Shown in pieces: positions 8,001 to 18,053 of a stretch of DNA of 64,000 bases (positions are counted from its first letter, which is position 1; each line of letters begins with the position of its first letter). This DNA is from Planctomycetota bacterium (GTDB lineage: Bacteria; Planctomycetota; UBA1135; UBA2386). The notes beneath the pieces were generated by a model. It did not search any database. It was not told the origin of the DNA and worked only from the letters and a program-made list of their open reading frames with translations. Position numbers and translations under genes: made by a program. The stretch spans positions 4,608,001 to 4,672,000 of the forward strand of contig JBKAGP010000001.1 in the NCBI GenBank assembly GCA_046290465.1, written 5' to 3'.

Positions 8001-8924
8001 ATGAAGGTCCTGCTCTGTCGCCCGCGAGGGTTCTGCGCCGGCGTGGATCGCGCCATCGAGACGGTCGAGCGCGCGCTCGACAAGTTCGGGCGTCCGGTCT
8101 ACGTGCGCCACGAAATCGTGCACAACCAGGTGGTCGTCCGCGACCTGGAGCAGAAGGGCGCGATCTTCGTGGAGGACCTGTCGACGGTGCCCGAGGGCAG
8201 CCACGTGATCTTCAGCGCGCACGGCGTCGCCCCCGAGGTCTTCGACCAGGCCGACCGCTACAAGCTGCAGGCGATCGACGCGACCTGCCCGCTGGTCACC
8301 AAGGTGCACGTCGAGGCGCGACGGTTCGCGGCGCGGGACTTCACGATCCTGCTGATCGGCCATGCCGACCACGTCGAGGTCGAGGGCGTCGTCGGCGAAG
8401 CGCCGGACCGCACGATCGTGGTCGCGACCGCCGAGGAGGCGGAGAAGGTCGAGGTGCCGGACCCGACGCGCATCGGCGTGCTGACGCAGACGACGCTCAG
8501 CATCGACGAGGCGATGCAGGTGATGGGCGTGTTGAAGCGCCGCTTCCCGGAGCTGACGACGCCGCGCAAGGAAGACATCTGCTACGCGACCACCAACCGG
8601 CAGAACGCCGTCAAGCAGCTGCGCGGCCGGGTCGACATCTGGCTCGTCATCGGTGATCCGATGAGCAGCAACAGCAACCGCCTGCGCGAGCTGGGCGCCG
8701 ACTCCGGCGTGCCGGCACACCTGGTGCTCGGGCCGCACGAGCTGCAAGACGAGTGGTTCGAAGGCGTGTCCGCGGTCGGGGTGACGTCGGGCGCGAGCAC
8801 GCCGGAGGGCAGCGTGCAGGCGGTCGTCGACCATCTGCGCGGCATCGGCGCGACGTCGGTCGAGGAGGTCGACGGGATCCCCGAGACGATCGAATTCACG
8901 CTGCCGATGCAGCTGCGGTCCTGA
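8001..8924 (+). CDS. ispH: 4-hydroxy-3-methylbut-2-enyl diphosphate reductase
   Basis: PRGFCAGV, EIVHN, SAHG, DATCPLV, TQTTLS, ICYATTNRQ, SSNS, GASTP. Confidence 0.97.
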   Translation: MKVLLCRPRGFCAGVDRAIETVERALDKFGRPVYVRHEIVHNQVVVRDLEQKGAIFVEDLSTVPEGSHVIFSAHGVAPEVFDQADRYKLQAIDATCPLVTKVHVEARRFAARDFTILLIGHADHVEVEGVVGEAPDRTIVVATAEEAEKVEVPDPTRIGVLTQTTLSIDEAMQVMGVLKRRFPELTTPRKEDICYATTNRQNAVKQLRGRVDIWLVIGDPMSSNSNRLRELGADSGVPAHLVLGPHELQDEWFEGVSAVGVTSGASTPEGSVQAVVDHLRGIGATSVEEVDGIPETIEFTLPMQLRS

Positions 8925-8929
8925 CGTCG

Positions 8930-10582
8930 ATGCGCGTCGCGCTCTGCCAGATCGACACGACGGTCGGCGACTTCGACGGCAACGTGCGTCGCATCGTCGA
9001 CGCCGCCGAGCGTGCGCGCGCCGAGGGCGCCGTGCTGGCGGTGTTTCCCGAGCTGTCGGTGTGCGGCTACCCGGCCGAGGACCTGCTGATCCGGCCGGCG
9101 TTCCTCGCAGCGCACGACCGGGCCCTGGCCGAGCTTGCCGCGAAGGCGCCGCACGGCGTCGACCTGCTGGTCGGTTGCCTGGAGCGCAACGACGACGCGG
9201 CGCGGACCGGCGGCCGTGAGCTGCACAACGCGGTCGTGCGGCTGCGCGACGGCGCCGTCGAGATCGTCGCGCGCAAGTGCTTGCTGCCGACCTACGACGT
9301 GTTCGACGAGTCGCGCTACTTCGAGCCGTGGCAGACGCCCGAGCACAACGTGGTCGACGTCGCCGGCGTCCGGGTCGGGGTGGTGGTCTGCGAGGACGGC
9401 TGGAACGACGAGCAGTTCTTCGGCCGCCGCAGCTACGCGATCGACCCGGTCGAACGGGTCGTGCAGGCCGGCGCCGAGCTGGTCGTCAACCTCAGCGCCA
9501 GCCCGTGGGCGCGTGGCCGCACGGCGTTCCGCGCGCGCATGGTCGTGGCCGCCGCGCGCCGCCACGGTGTGCCGATGGTCTACGTCAACCAGGTCGGTGG
9601 CGACGTCGAGCTGCAGTTCGACGGTGGCTCGCTGGCGGCCAAGGCCGAGGGCATCGCAGCGCAGCCGGTCGCGTTCACCGAGGCGGTCCGCGTCGTCGAC
9701 ACCGCAGAGCCGTGGACCGAGCAGCTGGTCGACCCCGAGCTCGTGCGCATGCAATACCTGGCGTGCGTGCAGGGCATCCGCGCCTACGTGCGCAAGTTCG
9801 GCTTCTCGAAGGTGGTCGTCGGGCTGTCGGGTGGCATCGACTCGGCGCTGGTCGCGACGCTCGCCGTCGACGCGCTCGGCGCCGAGAACGTCACCGGCAT
9901 CGGCATGCCGTCGCGCTACTCGAGTGGGCACAGCGTCGACGACGCGCGCGCGCTGGCGGACAACCTCGGCGTCGCGTTCCACCTGCTGCCGATCGCGCCG
10001 CTGCAGGGCGCGTTCGAACAGGTGCTCGAGCCGGTGTTCGCCGGCACCGAGCCGGGCCTGGCTGAGGAGAACGTGCAGTCGCGGGCGCGCGGGGTGCTGC
10101 TGATGGCGTTCGCCAACAAGCACGGCCAGCTGCTGCTGACGACCGGCAACAAGAGCGAGTGCGCGGTCGGCTACTGCACGATCTACGGCGACACCAACGG
10201 CGCGCTCGCGCCGATCGCGGACCTGTGGAAGACCGAGGTCTGGGCGATGTCGCGCTGGCTCAACCGCGATGGCGTGCGCATTCCGACCCACTCGATCGAG
10301 AAGCCGCCGAGCGCCGAGCTGCGCCCCGATCAGCTCGACACCGACAGCCTGCCGGACTACGACGCGCTCGACCCGGTGCTGCGCTGCCTGGTCGAGGACG
10401 AGCTGTCGGTCGAGGCGACCGCCGAACGGACCGGCATGCCGCGCGACCAGGTCGCCCGCCTGTTCCGGCTGGTGCAGAACAGCGAGTGGAAGCGCTACCA
10501 GTATCCGCCGACGCTGCGCCTCAGCGATCGCTGCTGGCGCGGCCGGCGCATGCCGGTCAGCCACCGCTACCGCGAGCCGTAG
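8930..10582 (+). CDS. nadE: Glutamine-dependent NAD+ synthetase
   Basis: N-terminal nitrilase-like domain (FPEL, K.LLPTYDVFDE, VCED) plus synthetase domain (GLSGGIDS, TGNKSE, PSAEL). Confidence 0.95.
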   Translation: MRVALCQIDTTVGDFDGNVRRIVDAAERARAEGAVLAVFPELSVCGYPAEDLLIRPAFLAAHDRALAELAAKAPHGVDLLVGCLERNDDAARTGGRELHNAVVRLRDGAVEIVARKCLLPTYDVFDESRYFEPWQTPEHNVVDVAGVRVGVVVCEDGWNDEQFFGRRSYAIDPVERVVQAGAELVVNLSASPWARGRTAFRARMVVAAARRHGVPMVYVNQVGGDVELQFDGGSLAAKAEGIAAQPVAFTEAVRVVDTAEPWTEQLVDPELVRMQYLACVQGIRAYVRKFGFSKVVVGLSGGIDSALVATLAVDALGAENVTGIGMPSRYSSGHSVDDARALADNLGVAFHLLPIAPLQGAFEQVLEPVFAGTEPGLAEENVQSRARGVLLMAFANKHGQLLLTTGNKSECAVGYCTIYGDTNGALAPIADLWKTEVWAMSRWLNRDGVRIPTHSIEKPPSAELRPDQLDTDSLPDYDALDPVLRCLVEDELSVEATAERTGMPRDQVARLFRLVQNSEWKRYQYPPTLRLSDRCWRGRRMPVSHRYREP

Positions 10583-10612
10583 CGGGGCGGCGACGCGGAT
10601 CGGCGACGCGGA

Positions 10613-12721
10613 TCAGCCCTTCTTCTTGCCGCCGAACAGGCCTTCGAGGCCCTTCTTGATGCCGCCCTCGAGCAGCTCCTTGCCCTGCTGTTCGAGCAGT
10701 TTGGTCGCGACGTCGCCGAGGTCGGGCAGGCCGAGCTTCGGTGCGTCGACGGTGCCGCCGAGCTTGGCGCCGGGCAGGCTGCCACCAAGCGCCTTCAGCA
10801 CCTTCTCGCCGTCCTTGTGGCCCTGTAGCAGCGACGCGAAGTCCATCGTGTAGTCGATCTTGCCGTCGAAGCCGACCGAACCGTTGAGCCCGATCTTCTT
10901 GCCGGCCGCCAGCCACTCGGCGCTCTTGGTCGTGACCATGCCCTCGGCGAACGAGAACGGCGCCGCGAACGAGTCGATCTTGAGCTTGCCGCCCTCGGCG
11001 ATCGGCGCGATCTTGGCGCTGAGCGGTCCGAGCGGTTGCAGCAGGCCCTGCAGCGCCGGTGACGGCGCGAACGCGGTGTTGGCGAGGCCGAGCGAGCCGT
11101 CGCCGCTCCAGCCGTCGAGCCAGCCGAGCCAGGTCTGCTCGTCGGTCTTCATCGCCGGTCCGGCGAAGCTCAGGTCGAGGTTGACGTCGCCGAAGATCTG
11201 GGTCACGTCGGCGTCGAGGCCCGTGAACATCGGCACGACGTAGCGCAGGGTCTGGGTCGCGCCACCCGTCAGCTTGCCGCCGTTCCACTCGAGCGACGCG
11301 GTGGTCGGCATCTTGGCGAAGTCGGTGAGGTCGACGCCGACGTTGGCGACCAGCGCGCCACCGTCGAGCCTGGTGGTCGGCGCGGTCGACAGCTTGACCT
11401 TGCCGGCGCTCATGTCGAGGTCGACGCCGAGGTCGCGCAGGGCGAAGCCGGCGACGTCGAGCGCCGCGATCTGGAGCTTGGCGGAGGCGCCGATCGCCTT
11501 GGCCCAGCCGGCGGCGTCGGTCGGCAGCTCCTTGGTCGGAACGTCGAGCTGGCCGGCCAGCTTCGAGCCGGAGCCCTTCAGCATCTCCGGCATCGGGCCG
11601 CCGAACTCGGCGAGCCGCGCGATGTCGAGGTCGTAGCCGAACGCGACCTTGCCGTCACCCGTGGCCGGCTTGCCGTTGACGTGCAGCCACTCGAGATCGA
11701 TCGCGAAGTTGCTGGCGTCGATCTTCGAAGATGCGCCGGTGCCGAGCGCGATCGCCGGCGTGATCTTCCACTGCTTGGACACCAGGTCCATGCCCTGCAC
11801 GATCGGGCCGGCGATGCGCGGGCTGTCGACGATCAGTTCGCCGGCGAGTTCGACCTGGTCGCCGCTGTGCAGCCTGGCCGTGATGTCGCCGTCGACCTTG
11901 CCCGCGAGCGCGGTCAGCTGGTCCGGCATGAACGACTGCACCAGCGGGCTCCACGCCGCGAGGTCGAGGCCGTGCGTCGTCAGCTTGGCGTCGGTCGTCT
12001 CGGCCGCGGGGTCGAGCTTGAGCATCACCGCCAGGTCGCCCGCGCGCAGCTTGCCGGTCGCCTCGACGTCGATCTCGTCCGAGTCGGACGCGCTCTTGGC
12101 GTGGCACTGGAAGTCGCTCAGCGCCTCGAGGATCTCGCCCTCGCGGCGGATCGTCACGGCGCAGTCGCGCAGCTGGAAGTCGAGCGCGAAGGCGCCGCTC
12201 GGTTGCTTTTGCGTCGGCTCGCCGCCGCCCTCAATGCCGCCTTCGTTGCCGCCCTCGCCCCCGGCTTCGGCCGGCTTCTCGGGCGCCAGCTTCTGCAGGT
12301 TGGTCGTGCCGTCCGCGTTCTGCTCGACGAACACCTCGAGGCCGACGATCTCGCCGCTGGCCGACAGCGTGCCGAACAGCAGCGAGGTCAGCGCGACGTC
12401 GGCGGCCATGCTCTTCATCGTCATCGCCGGCCGTTCGGTCGGGAACCCGGGCGGGTTCTCGATGCGCAGCCCGTTCATCTGCAGGCCCGAGAACCAGCCG
12501 AACGACACGTCCTCGACGGTGGCCTTGCCGTTGAGGTTGGTCGACAGCTGCTCCTCGACCGTCGAACGCAGGAAGCCGAGGGACAACGCGTACGGTGCGA
12601 GCAGCACCAGCAACAGCAGCACGCTGGCGATGATCAGGAACAGCCGAAGACCCCTGCGCCGTTTCTTCGGTGGCAAGGGAGCTGCGGCGGGCGAGGAATC
12701 CGAGTTCGAGCTGACGTCCAT
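10613..12721 (-). CDS. AsmA-like envelope protein
   Basis: Single N-terminal TM then a long beta-rich repeat; VEQNADGTTNL; C-terminal GSVGFDGKIDY and LGGTVDAPKL. Confidence 0.75.
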   Translation of the reverse strand: MDVSSNSDSSPAAAPLPPKKRRRGLRLFLIIASVLLLLVLLAPYALSLGFLRSTVEEQLSTNLNGKATVEDVSFGWFSGLQMNGLRIENPPGFPTERPAMTMKSMAADVALTSLLFGTLSASGEIVGLEVFVEQNADGTTNLQKLAPEKPAEAGGEGGNEGGIEGGGEPTQKQPSGAFALDFQLRDCAVTIRREGEILEALSDFQCHAKSASDSDEIDVEATGKLRAGDLAVMLKLDPAAETTDAKLTTHGLDLAAWSPLVQSFMPDQLTALAGKVDGDITARLHSGDQVELAGELIVDSPRIAGPIVQGMDLVSKQWKITPAIALGTGASSKIDASNFAIDLEWLHVNGKPATGDGKVAFGYDLDIARLAEFGGPMPEMLKGSGSKLAGQLDVPTKELPTDAAGWAKAIGASAKLQIAALDVAGFALRDLGVDLDMSAGKVKLSTAPTTRLDGGALVANVGVDLTDFAKMPTTASLEWNGGKLTGGATQTLRYVVPMFTGLDADVTQIFGDVNLDLSFAGPAMKTDEQTWLGWLDGWSGDGSLGLANTAFAPSPALQGLLQPLGPLSAKIAPIAEGGKLKIDSFAAPFSFAEGMVTTKSAEWLAAGKKIGLNGSVGFDGKIDYTMDFASLLQGHKDGEKVLKALGGSLPGAKLGGTVDAPKLGLPDLGDVATKLLEQQGKELLEGGIKKGLEGLFGGKKKG

Positions 12722-12735
12722 GCGAGAGGGTCATC

Positions 12736-13536
12736 ATGCCGAAAAAGACCGCCGGAGTGACGAACCAGCAGAAGAAGCACAACCTCTCGATGCTCGAGCG
12801 GGCGGATCTCGCGTTGGCGAGCCGGCTGGTCGGCGAGGGCGTCGAGGAGGATCTGATCGCCGGCGCGCAGCGCGTGCTGGACGGGATCCGTCGTCCGTCG
12901 CCGAGTGACGCGGAGTTCGTCATTTCGCTGCTGCGGCTACGGGGCTTCGTCCTCGACGACGCCGACGCCGAGGACGTGCTGGCCGGGCGCGAGAGCCGCA
13001 TGTCGCCTTTGACGCAGGAGTACCGGCTGCTGCGCGGCCTGCAGAAGTGCCTGCGCATGATCCGCCAGCGGGCGTCACAGAGCGTGCCACCGGACGGCTG
13101 GTTCCTCGTCGACCTGTTCCGGACGATGACGGCCGAACTGCCGCGCTTCCGCAACAACGACCTGCGCCGCAGCCCGCCGTGGGACGCGCTGCTCTACGTC
13201 AACTATCCGTCTCCGGACCAGCTGCGCTTCCTGGTCGATTCGTTCGACTGCAAGCGCTGCTACCGCGACGCGCCGATCGTCTTCAACGGCATGCACCCGG
13301 TCCGTCAGGGCTTCCGCCTGATGTGGCGGTGGGCCCGGATCGCGCCGTTCCCGGACTTCAACGCGGTGATCGCGTGGCTCGGCATGAACGCCTGGCTGCA
13401 CGCCAAGGGCTTCCCGCTGCTGCGCGCCGAGCAGGGCGACCAGCAGTTCTTGTCGAAGCTGCTGAGCGGGCCGCCGCCGTCGAAGATCGTGCAGTTCGAG
13501 GCGCGCCTGGTCGCGGCGTTCGAGACCGTCCGGTAG
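12736..13536 (+). CDS. Fic-domain-like protein with a degenerate active site
   Basis: HPVRQGFRLMWRWARIAPFPDFNAVIAWLGMNAWL...GFP aligns with the Fic core HP..A...H..F..IHPFxDGNGRxxRLLMN. Confidence 0.7.
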   Translation: MPKKTAGVTNQQKKHNLSMLERADLALASRLVGEGVEEDLIAGAQRVLDGIRRPSPSDAEFVISLLRLRGFVLDDADAEDVLAGRESRMSPLTQEYRLLRGLQKCLRMIRQRASQSVPPDGWFLVDLFRTMTAELPRFRNNDLRRSPPWDALLYVNYPSPDQLRFLVDSFDCKRCYRDAPIVFNGMHPVRQGFRLMWRWARIAPFPDFNAVIAWLGMNAWLHAKGFPLLRAEQGDQQFLSKLLSGPPPSKIVQFEARLVAAFETVR

Positions 13537-13537
13537 C

Positions 13538-13936
13538 TCAGCGCCGCGCCTTGAGCTGGATGTCGTCCTCGGTGTCGAGGGTCTTGTCCGGCCCGGACGA
13601 GACCACGAAGAACGACCGCTTGCTGTCGCCGTCGCGCAGCACGTATTCCTGCTCCCACGGATCGCAGGTTGGGTCGTCGAAGTAGGTGACGTCGTCCTCG
13701 TCGGGGGTGGTCAGGTCCTGCATCGACGGCAGGCGACCCTGCTCGTTGTAGTACCACTTGGCGGCGTTGGCGATCACCTTGAGGTCGGTCCTGGCGCGGT
13801 CGACGTGCGCCTGGTCGGCGATCGGGAACACGTTGAGCGCGACCATGGTCGCGATCAGGCCGAGGATCACGATCACGACCATGACCTCGACGAGGGTGAA
13901 GCCGGCACTGCGGCACCGAGAGGGGGAGTGGTTCAT
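13538..13936 (-). CDS. GspG-like type II secretion pseudopilin / type IV prepilin
   Basis: GFTLVEVMVVIVILGLIA cleavage motif; DPW..Y and SSGPDKTLDTEDDI. Confidence 0.85.
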   Translation of the reverse strand: MNHSPSRCRSAGFTLVEVMVVIVILGLIATMVALNVFPIADQAHVDRARTDLKVIANAAKWYYNEQGRLPSMQDLTTPDEDDVTYFDDPTCDPWEQEYVLRDGDSKRSFFVVSSGPDKTLDTEDDIQLKARR

Positions 13937-13967
13937 CGTGGGCGCTGGGACGTCGCGCCGGCGACGA

Positions 13968-14735
13968 CTATTCCGAACGGGGCATCAGCCGCGTGACGAT
14001 CGCGAGCGGGATCGCGCGCTGGCCGTCGAGCACCAGCCGTTCGAAGTCGATGGAAGTCAATTGACCTTCGATCGTCTCACCGGCGGTCACCGACACCTCG
14101 CGGCCGAGCAGCGCCAGCCGTTCGCGGAAGAGGTGCTCGTATGCGGCGACGTCGCCGCCCGCGACGATCGCGCCGAGCATCGCGTCGACCTGTTCGGCCA
14201 GGGCCAGCAGCACGTCGGCCCGTCGGTGCTCGCGTCCGCGCAGCAACCGCAGCGAGGTGGCGGTCGCGGCGAGCGGGGCGGGGAAGCGCGTGCGGTTGAC
14301 GTTGATGCCGATGCCGATGCGGTAGGTGTGCGGCCTGGCGCTGTCGCGGTCGATCAGCACGCCGGACAGCTTGCGGTCGCCGGCGTACACGTCGTTGGGC
14401 CACTTGATGCGCAGGCGCGCCCCGGCGAACGGTTCGCACGCCCGCAGCACGGCCACCGGCAGCGCCGCCGGCAGCAGGATCGGGTCGGGCAGGCGCACCG
14501 TGACGCGGAACGTCGCCGCGAGATCGAGTCCGGAATCGTCGTCCCAGACGCGCTGCTGGCGGCCGCGCCCACGGGTCTGGTGGTCGGCCCAGAAGACGGC
14601 GTCGTCGGATCCGTGGGTGTCCGTAGCTTCGGCAGCGGCCAGATCTTGTGTCGAATCACACGACGCGGCGTGCAGCAGCTTCGAGAACCGCGTGCGCCGC
14701 TTTAGCTCGGATTGCAGGGTTTCGTCGTCGGTCAT
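13968..14735 (-). CDS. birA: Biotin-protein ligase
   Basis: DSTQ, QTRGRGRQQRVW, IKWPNDV, RKLSGVL, IGIGINVN; corresponds to the 3' part of the long ORF 13968..18095. Confidence 0.9.
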   Translation of the reverse strand: MTDDETLQSELKRRTRFSKLLHAASCDSTQDLAAAEATDTHGSDDAVFWADHQTRGRGRQQRVWDDDSGLDLAATFRVTVRLPDPILLPAALPVAVLRACEPFAGARLRIKWPNDVYAGDRKLSGVLIDRDSARPHTYRIGIGINVNRTRFPAPLAATATSLRLLRGREHRRADVLLALAEQVDAMLGAIVAGGDVAAYEHLFRERLALLGREVSVTAGETIEGQLTSIDFERLVLDGQRAIPLAIVTRLMPRSE

Positions 14736-14772
14736 TCGGGAAGGGGCCGGAACCGCCCACATCATCGCGGAC

Positions 14773-14801
14773 TGAAGTTGTCGGGCCAACTGTGCCGATG
14801 G
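14773..14801 (+). promoter_or_regulatory. Putative sigma-28 promoter of the glycosyltransferase-TPR operon
   Basis: TGAAG-N16-GCCGATGG. Confidence 0.55.
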
Positions 14802-14840
14802 TGTGGACGTGTTGGACGGTTCGTCCGCACAGGCAAAGGA

Positions 14841-17315
14841 ATGGTCCGAACTGGCAACAACCTGGCTACCGGTTTCCTCGGTCCCGTCAAGGGATGGGGC
14901 AGTCTGGTGCCGTCGGCGCAGCACGCGCTGCAGCTGCCGCGCGACGCGCGCGAGTGGCGCGCTGGTGAGGATCGCAACGACACGCTCGACCTGGTCGAGC
15001 TGACGGCGTTCACCGAGTCGATGGGACGGGTCGAGGACGCGTTCGTCGACTTCGCGGCGCTGCTGCGCGACGGCGGTTCGCTGCTCGTCGACGTCGACAA
15101 CCTGCAGTCGGCGCGCATGCTGCGCATGGTCGTCGAAGGGCGGCCGGGCAGCTTCGACCCGGTCGGCAGCTCCAAGGACCCGTCGCAGCCGTTGCTGCTG
15201 CGTCGCGTGCTGGCCGCCGCCTCCGCCGCCGGCCTGCTGGTCCGCGACGTGCTCAGCGTGCCGTCCGGCGCCGAGGAGTTCGGCCGCGAACTGGCCGGCA
15301 ACCTGTTCGGCACCGGCTTGATGCCGCTCGACTGGCTGACCGGCACGCCGCCTTCGCGCTACTGGCTGCAGTGCGAGAAGGTCCGTTCGCTGGCGGGCTC
15401 GGTGCTGGTCGCCGGCGGCGATGCAGCCGCACGCGGCGCCACCGAGAACGCCTTGCGCGCCTTCCTGCCCGACGACTGGGAGATCGTCACCGCCGACGCG
15501 ATCGGCGAGCGCGCCCAGTGGAACCGCGCCGTTGCGACCGCGCGCGGCGACGTGCTCTGGTTCTTGCGGGCCGGCATGCAGCCGACCGTCGAGCAGTTCG
15601 AGGCGATGTCGCCGCGTGGCTGCATCGGCGTGGTCGCGCCGGCTCGAGGCGGTGTGCCCAGCATCGCCGGAGACATCGCGGGCCTGATGATGCCGCGCCT
15701 CGACGCGCTGTTCGTCGGCCCGATCTGCGAGCAGACCGGCAACTCCCAGGTCGCGCTCGAGGACTACACCATGCGGCTCGACAGCAAGCTGCCGCCCGCG
15801 TGGACCGTCGAGGCCCTGCTGACGGCGCCGCCGGCGCCGATCGAACGCCCCGCGCAGTTCGAGCAGGACACCCGCGAGCTGGTCGAGCGCTGGTCGGCGC
15901 TCGATCCGCAGCAACGAACGAACCCGCGAAGCGCGGCCGAGGCTCCGTCGCCCAGCCCCCAGACGGCCCCCTGGCTCGGCCGCGCTCCGCGTATTTCCCT
16001 CTGCATGATCGCGCGCGACGAGGAGCGCTTCCTCGGCGAGTGCCTCGAACATGCCCGCGACGCGTTCGACGAATTGGTGCTCGTCGACACCGGCTCCACC
16101 GACCGCACGGTCGAGATCGCCGAGTCGTACGGCGCCAAGGTCGTGCACGATCCGTGGGACGACGACTTCTCGCGGCCGCGCAACAAGGCGATCGAGGCGG
16201 CGACCGGCGACTGGATCCTGGTGCTCGACGCCGACGAGTTCATCCTCGGGGACGGCTGCCAGCGCATCCGCGAACTGGCGCAGAACCCGCAGGCGCTCGG
16301 CTACCACCTGCGCTTCACCAACCTCTACACCGGCGGCAAGACCATCGGCGTGATGATGGTGCGGCTGTTCCGCAACCTGCCGGGCATCGCCTACGAGAAC
16401 GTCATCCACGAACAGGTCACGCCGAGCCTGCAGGCGGTCGGCGGCCCGATGGGGCTGACGCTGCTCAGCGCCGAGGTCGAGGTCGAACACCACGGCTACA
16501 CCGAGCAGGTGATGGACGACCGCAGCAAGAACGAGCGCAACGAGCGCCTGTTCTTGAAGCAGATGGAGCTGCAGCCCGAGGACATCTACGGGCACTACAA
16601 GTACGGCGACTTCCTGCGCCGCGTCCCCGGCCGCACCGAGGACGCCCGGCGCCTGCTCGACCGCTGCTTCGACCTGATCGTCGCGGCGCCGCCGACGACG
16701 CCGCGTTCGCTGCCGTACGCGGGTGAGGTCGCGGCGCTGTGTGCGCTCGAGGCCGAACGCGCCGGCGACTCGCCGCGCGCGCGCGCGGTGGTCGACGTGG
16801 CGCTGCGCCGGTTCGTGCCGACGCCCAACCTGCACTACCTCGCCGCCAGCCTGGCGATCGCCGACGGCGACAGCGAGTGTGCGATCCACCACTACCGCCG
16901 CTGCATGGCCTACCGCGACAAGGTGCTGGTCGTGCCGATCCAGGAGGGCATCACCAGCTACGTGTCGCTCGCCGGGATCGCGCAGGCCTGGTTGCTGCGC
17001 GGTGACCGCGAGCGCGCGCAGCGTCTGCTCGAACAGGCGATCGCGATCGAACCGTCCTACGAGGTGGCGCACCTCAACCTGTCGCGCCTGCACCTCGAGA
17101 CCGGCGACGTGCAGCAGGCGCTGCAGGTCCTGACGACCTTCCTGGCGCAGCACCCGGACAGTCCGGGCGCGTGCCAGCAGACGATGCTTCTCCTGCACCA
17201 GCTCGGCCGCAACGACGCGGCGCGCGAGATGGGCAGGCACACCGTGCGGTTGCTCGAGGCGCGTTGCCTCGACCGTGAGGCGGCCGCCGTGAACCAACTT
17301 CTGGCCAGGCTGTGA
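14841..17315 (+). CDS. Multidomain GT2 glycosyltransferase with TPRs (candidate flagellin glycosyltransferase)
   Basis: ISLCMIARDEERFL, VDTGSTDRT, WDDDFSRPRN, WILVLDADE, IHE, HHGY; C-terminal TPRs; degenerate N-terminal domains; AAGGA RBS. Confidence 0.85.
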   Translation: MVRTGNNLATGFLGPVKGWGSLVPSAQHALQLPRDAREWRAGEDRNDTLDLVELTAFTESMGRVEDAFVDFAALLRDGGSLLVDVDNLQSARMLRMVVEGRPGSFDPVGSSKDPSQPLLLRRVLAAASAAGLLVRDVLSVPSGAEEFGRELAGNLFGTGLMPLDWLTGTPPSRYWLQCEKVRSLAGSVLVAGGDAAARGATENALRAFLPDDWEIVTADAIGERAQWNRAVATARGDVLWFLRAGMQPTVEQFEAMSPRGCIGVVAPARGGVPSIAGDIAGLMMPRLDALFVGPICEQTGNSQVALEDYTMRLDSKLPPAWTVEALLTAPPAPIERPAQFEQDTRELVERWSALDPQQRTNPRSAAEAPSPSPQTAPWLGRAPRISLCMIARDEERFLGECLEHARDAFDELVLVDTGSTDRTVEIAESYGAKVVHDPWDDDFSRPRNKAIEAATGDWILVLDADEFILGDGCQRIRELAQNPQALGYHLRFTNLYTGGKTIGVMMVRLFRNLPGIAYENVIHEQVTPSLQAVGGPMGLTLLSAEVEVEHHGYTEQVMDDRSKNERNERLFLKQMELQPEDIYGHYKYGDFLRRVPGRTEDARRLLDRCFDLIVAAPPTTPRSLPYAGEVAALCALEAERAGDSPRARAVVDVALRRFVPTPNLHYLAASLAIADGDSECAIHHYRRCMAYRDKVLVVPIQEGITSYVSLAGIAQAWLLRGDRERAQRLLEQAIAIEPSYEVAHLNLSRLHLETGDVQQALQVLTTFLAQHPDSPGACQQTMLLLHQLGRNDAAREMGRHTVRLLEARCLDREAAAVNQLLARL

Positions 17316-17351
17316 CTGGCCGCATACCCCCCCGGAACGGAGAGAGAGACG

Positions 17352-18053
17352 ATGACTACGACCCAACAGAACCCGACGACGCCGTCGTCGATCCCGCAGC
17401 AGGCCAACCCTCAGCAGGCCAACCCTCAGCAGGCCAACCTCCAGCAGGCCAACCTCCAGCAGGCCAACCTCCAGCAAGGCTTCCAGGCGATCCCGACGCG
17501 GATCCGCGACATGCGCGACGCCCAGGTGCCGCCGCTGGTCGTCGAGCCCGCGTCGGACCAGGACAAGGCCGCGATCCGTCAGAGCCTGTCCGAACTCGGC
17601 ATCAAGCTCGCCGAGATCCACCGCACGGCCGCCGAGGCCTACCTGTCGCAGGGTCTCTACGACCAGGCGCTGCCGCACCTCGAAGCCGCCGCGACGTTCT
17701 CGCCGAGCGAACTCGAGTACCACATGCAGCTCGGCTTCGTGCAGTACGTCACCGGTGACGACGCGAGCGCGATCAAGTCGTTCAACCAGGTCATCAGCGA
17801 AGACGAGGACAACGCCGAGGCGTGGTTCAACCTGGGCATGGTCGTGTTCGGCCAAGAGCAGTTCACCGAGGCCGAGTACTGCTTCCGTCGCGCCAGCGAG
17901 CTGGAGGCCAACGACGCGCAGACCTGGAACAACCGCGGTGTCTGCCTGTGGAAGCTCGAGCGCAACGAAGAGGCGCGCACCTGCTTCCAGAACGCGCTGC
18001 AGCTCGATCCGCAGGACGAGGACGCGCAGTACAACCTGCAGAACATCAGCTGA
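17352..18053 (+). CDS. TPR protein with an N-terminal QQAN(P/L) repeat
   Basis: AEAWFNLGMV and AQTWNNRGVCL TPR motifs. Confidence 0.85.
   Translation: MTTTQQNPTTPSSIPQQANPQQANPQQANLQQANLQQANLQQGFQAIPTRIRDMRDAQVPPLVVEPASDQDKAAIRQSLSELGIKLAEIHRTAAEAYLSQGLYDQALPHLEAAATFSPSELEYHMQLGFVQYVTGDDASAIKSFNQVISEDEDNAEAWFNLGMVVFGQEQFTEAEYCFRRASELEANDAQTWNNRGVCLWKLERNEEARTCFQNALQLDPQDEDAQYNLQNIS
17397..17471 (+). repeat. 15-bp tandem repeat x5 (CAGCAGGCCAACC[CT/TC])
   Basis: Read directly; encodes QQANP x2 and QQANL x3. Confidence 0.95.

Noticed and set aside
5553..8834. 1093-aa minus-strand ORF and many similar long Arg/Ala-rich ORFs
   Set aside because: Shadow frames of real genes in high-GC DNA; no motifs.
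10589..10614. 13-bp direct repeat CGGCGACGCGGAT x2 between convergent genes
   Set aside because: Too short and isolated; likely a local duplication.
13538..13936. Type II secretion system locus
   Set aside because: Single orphan pseudopilin; no other gsp genes in the window.
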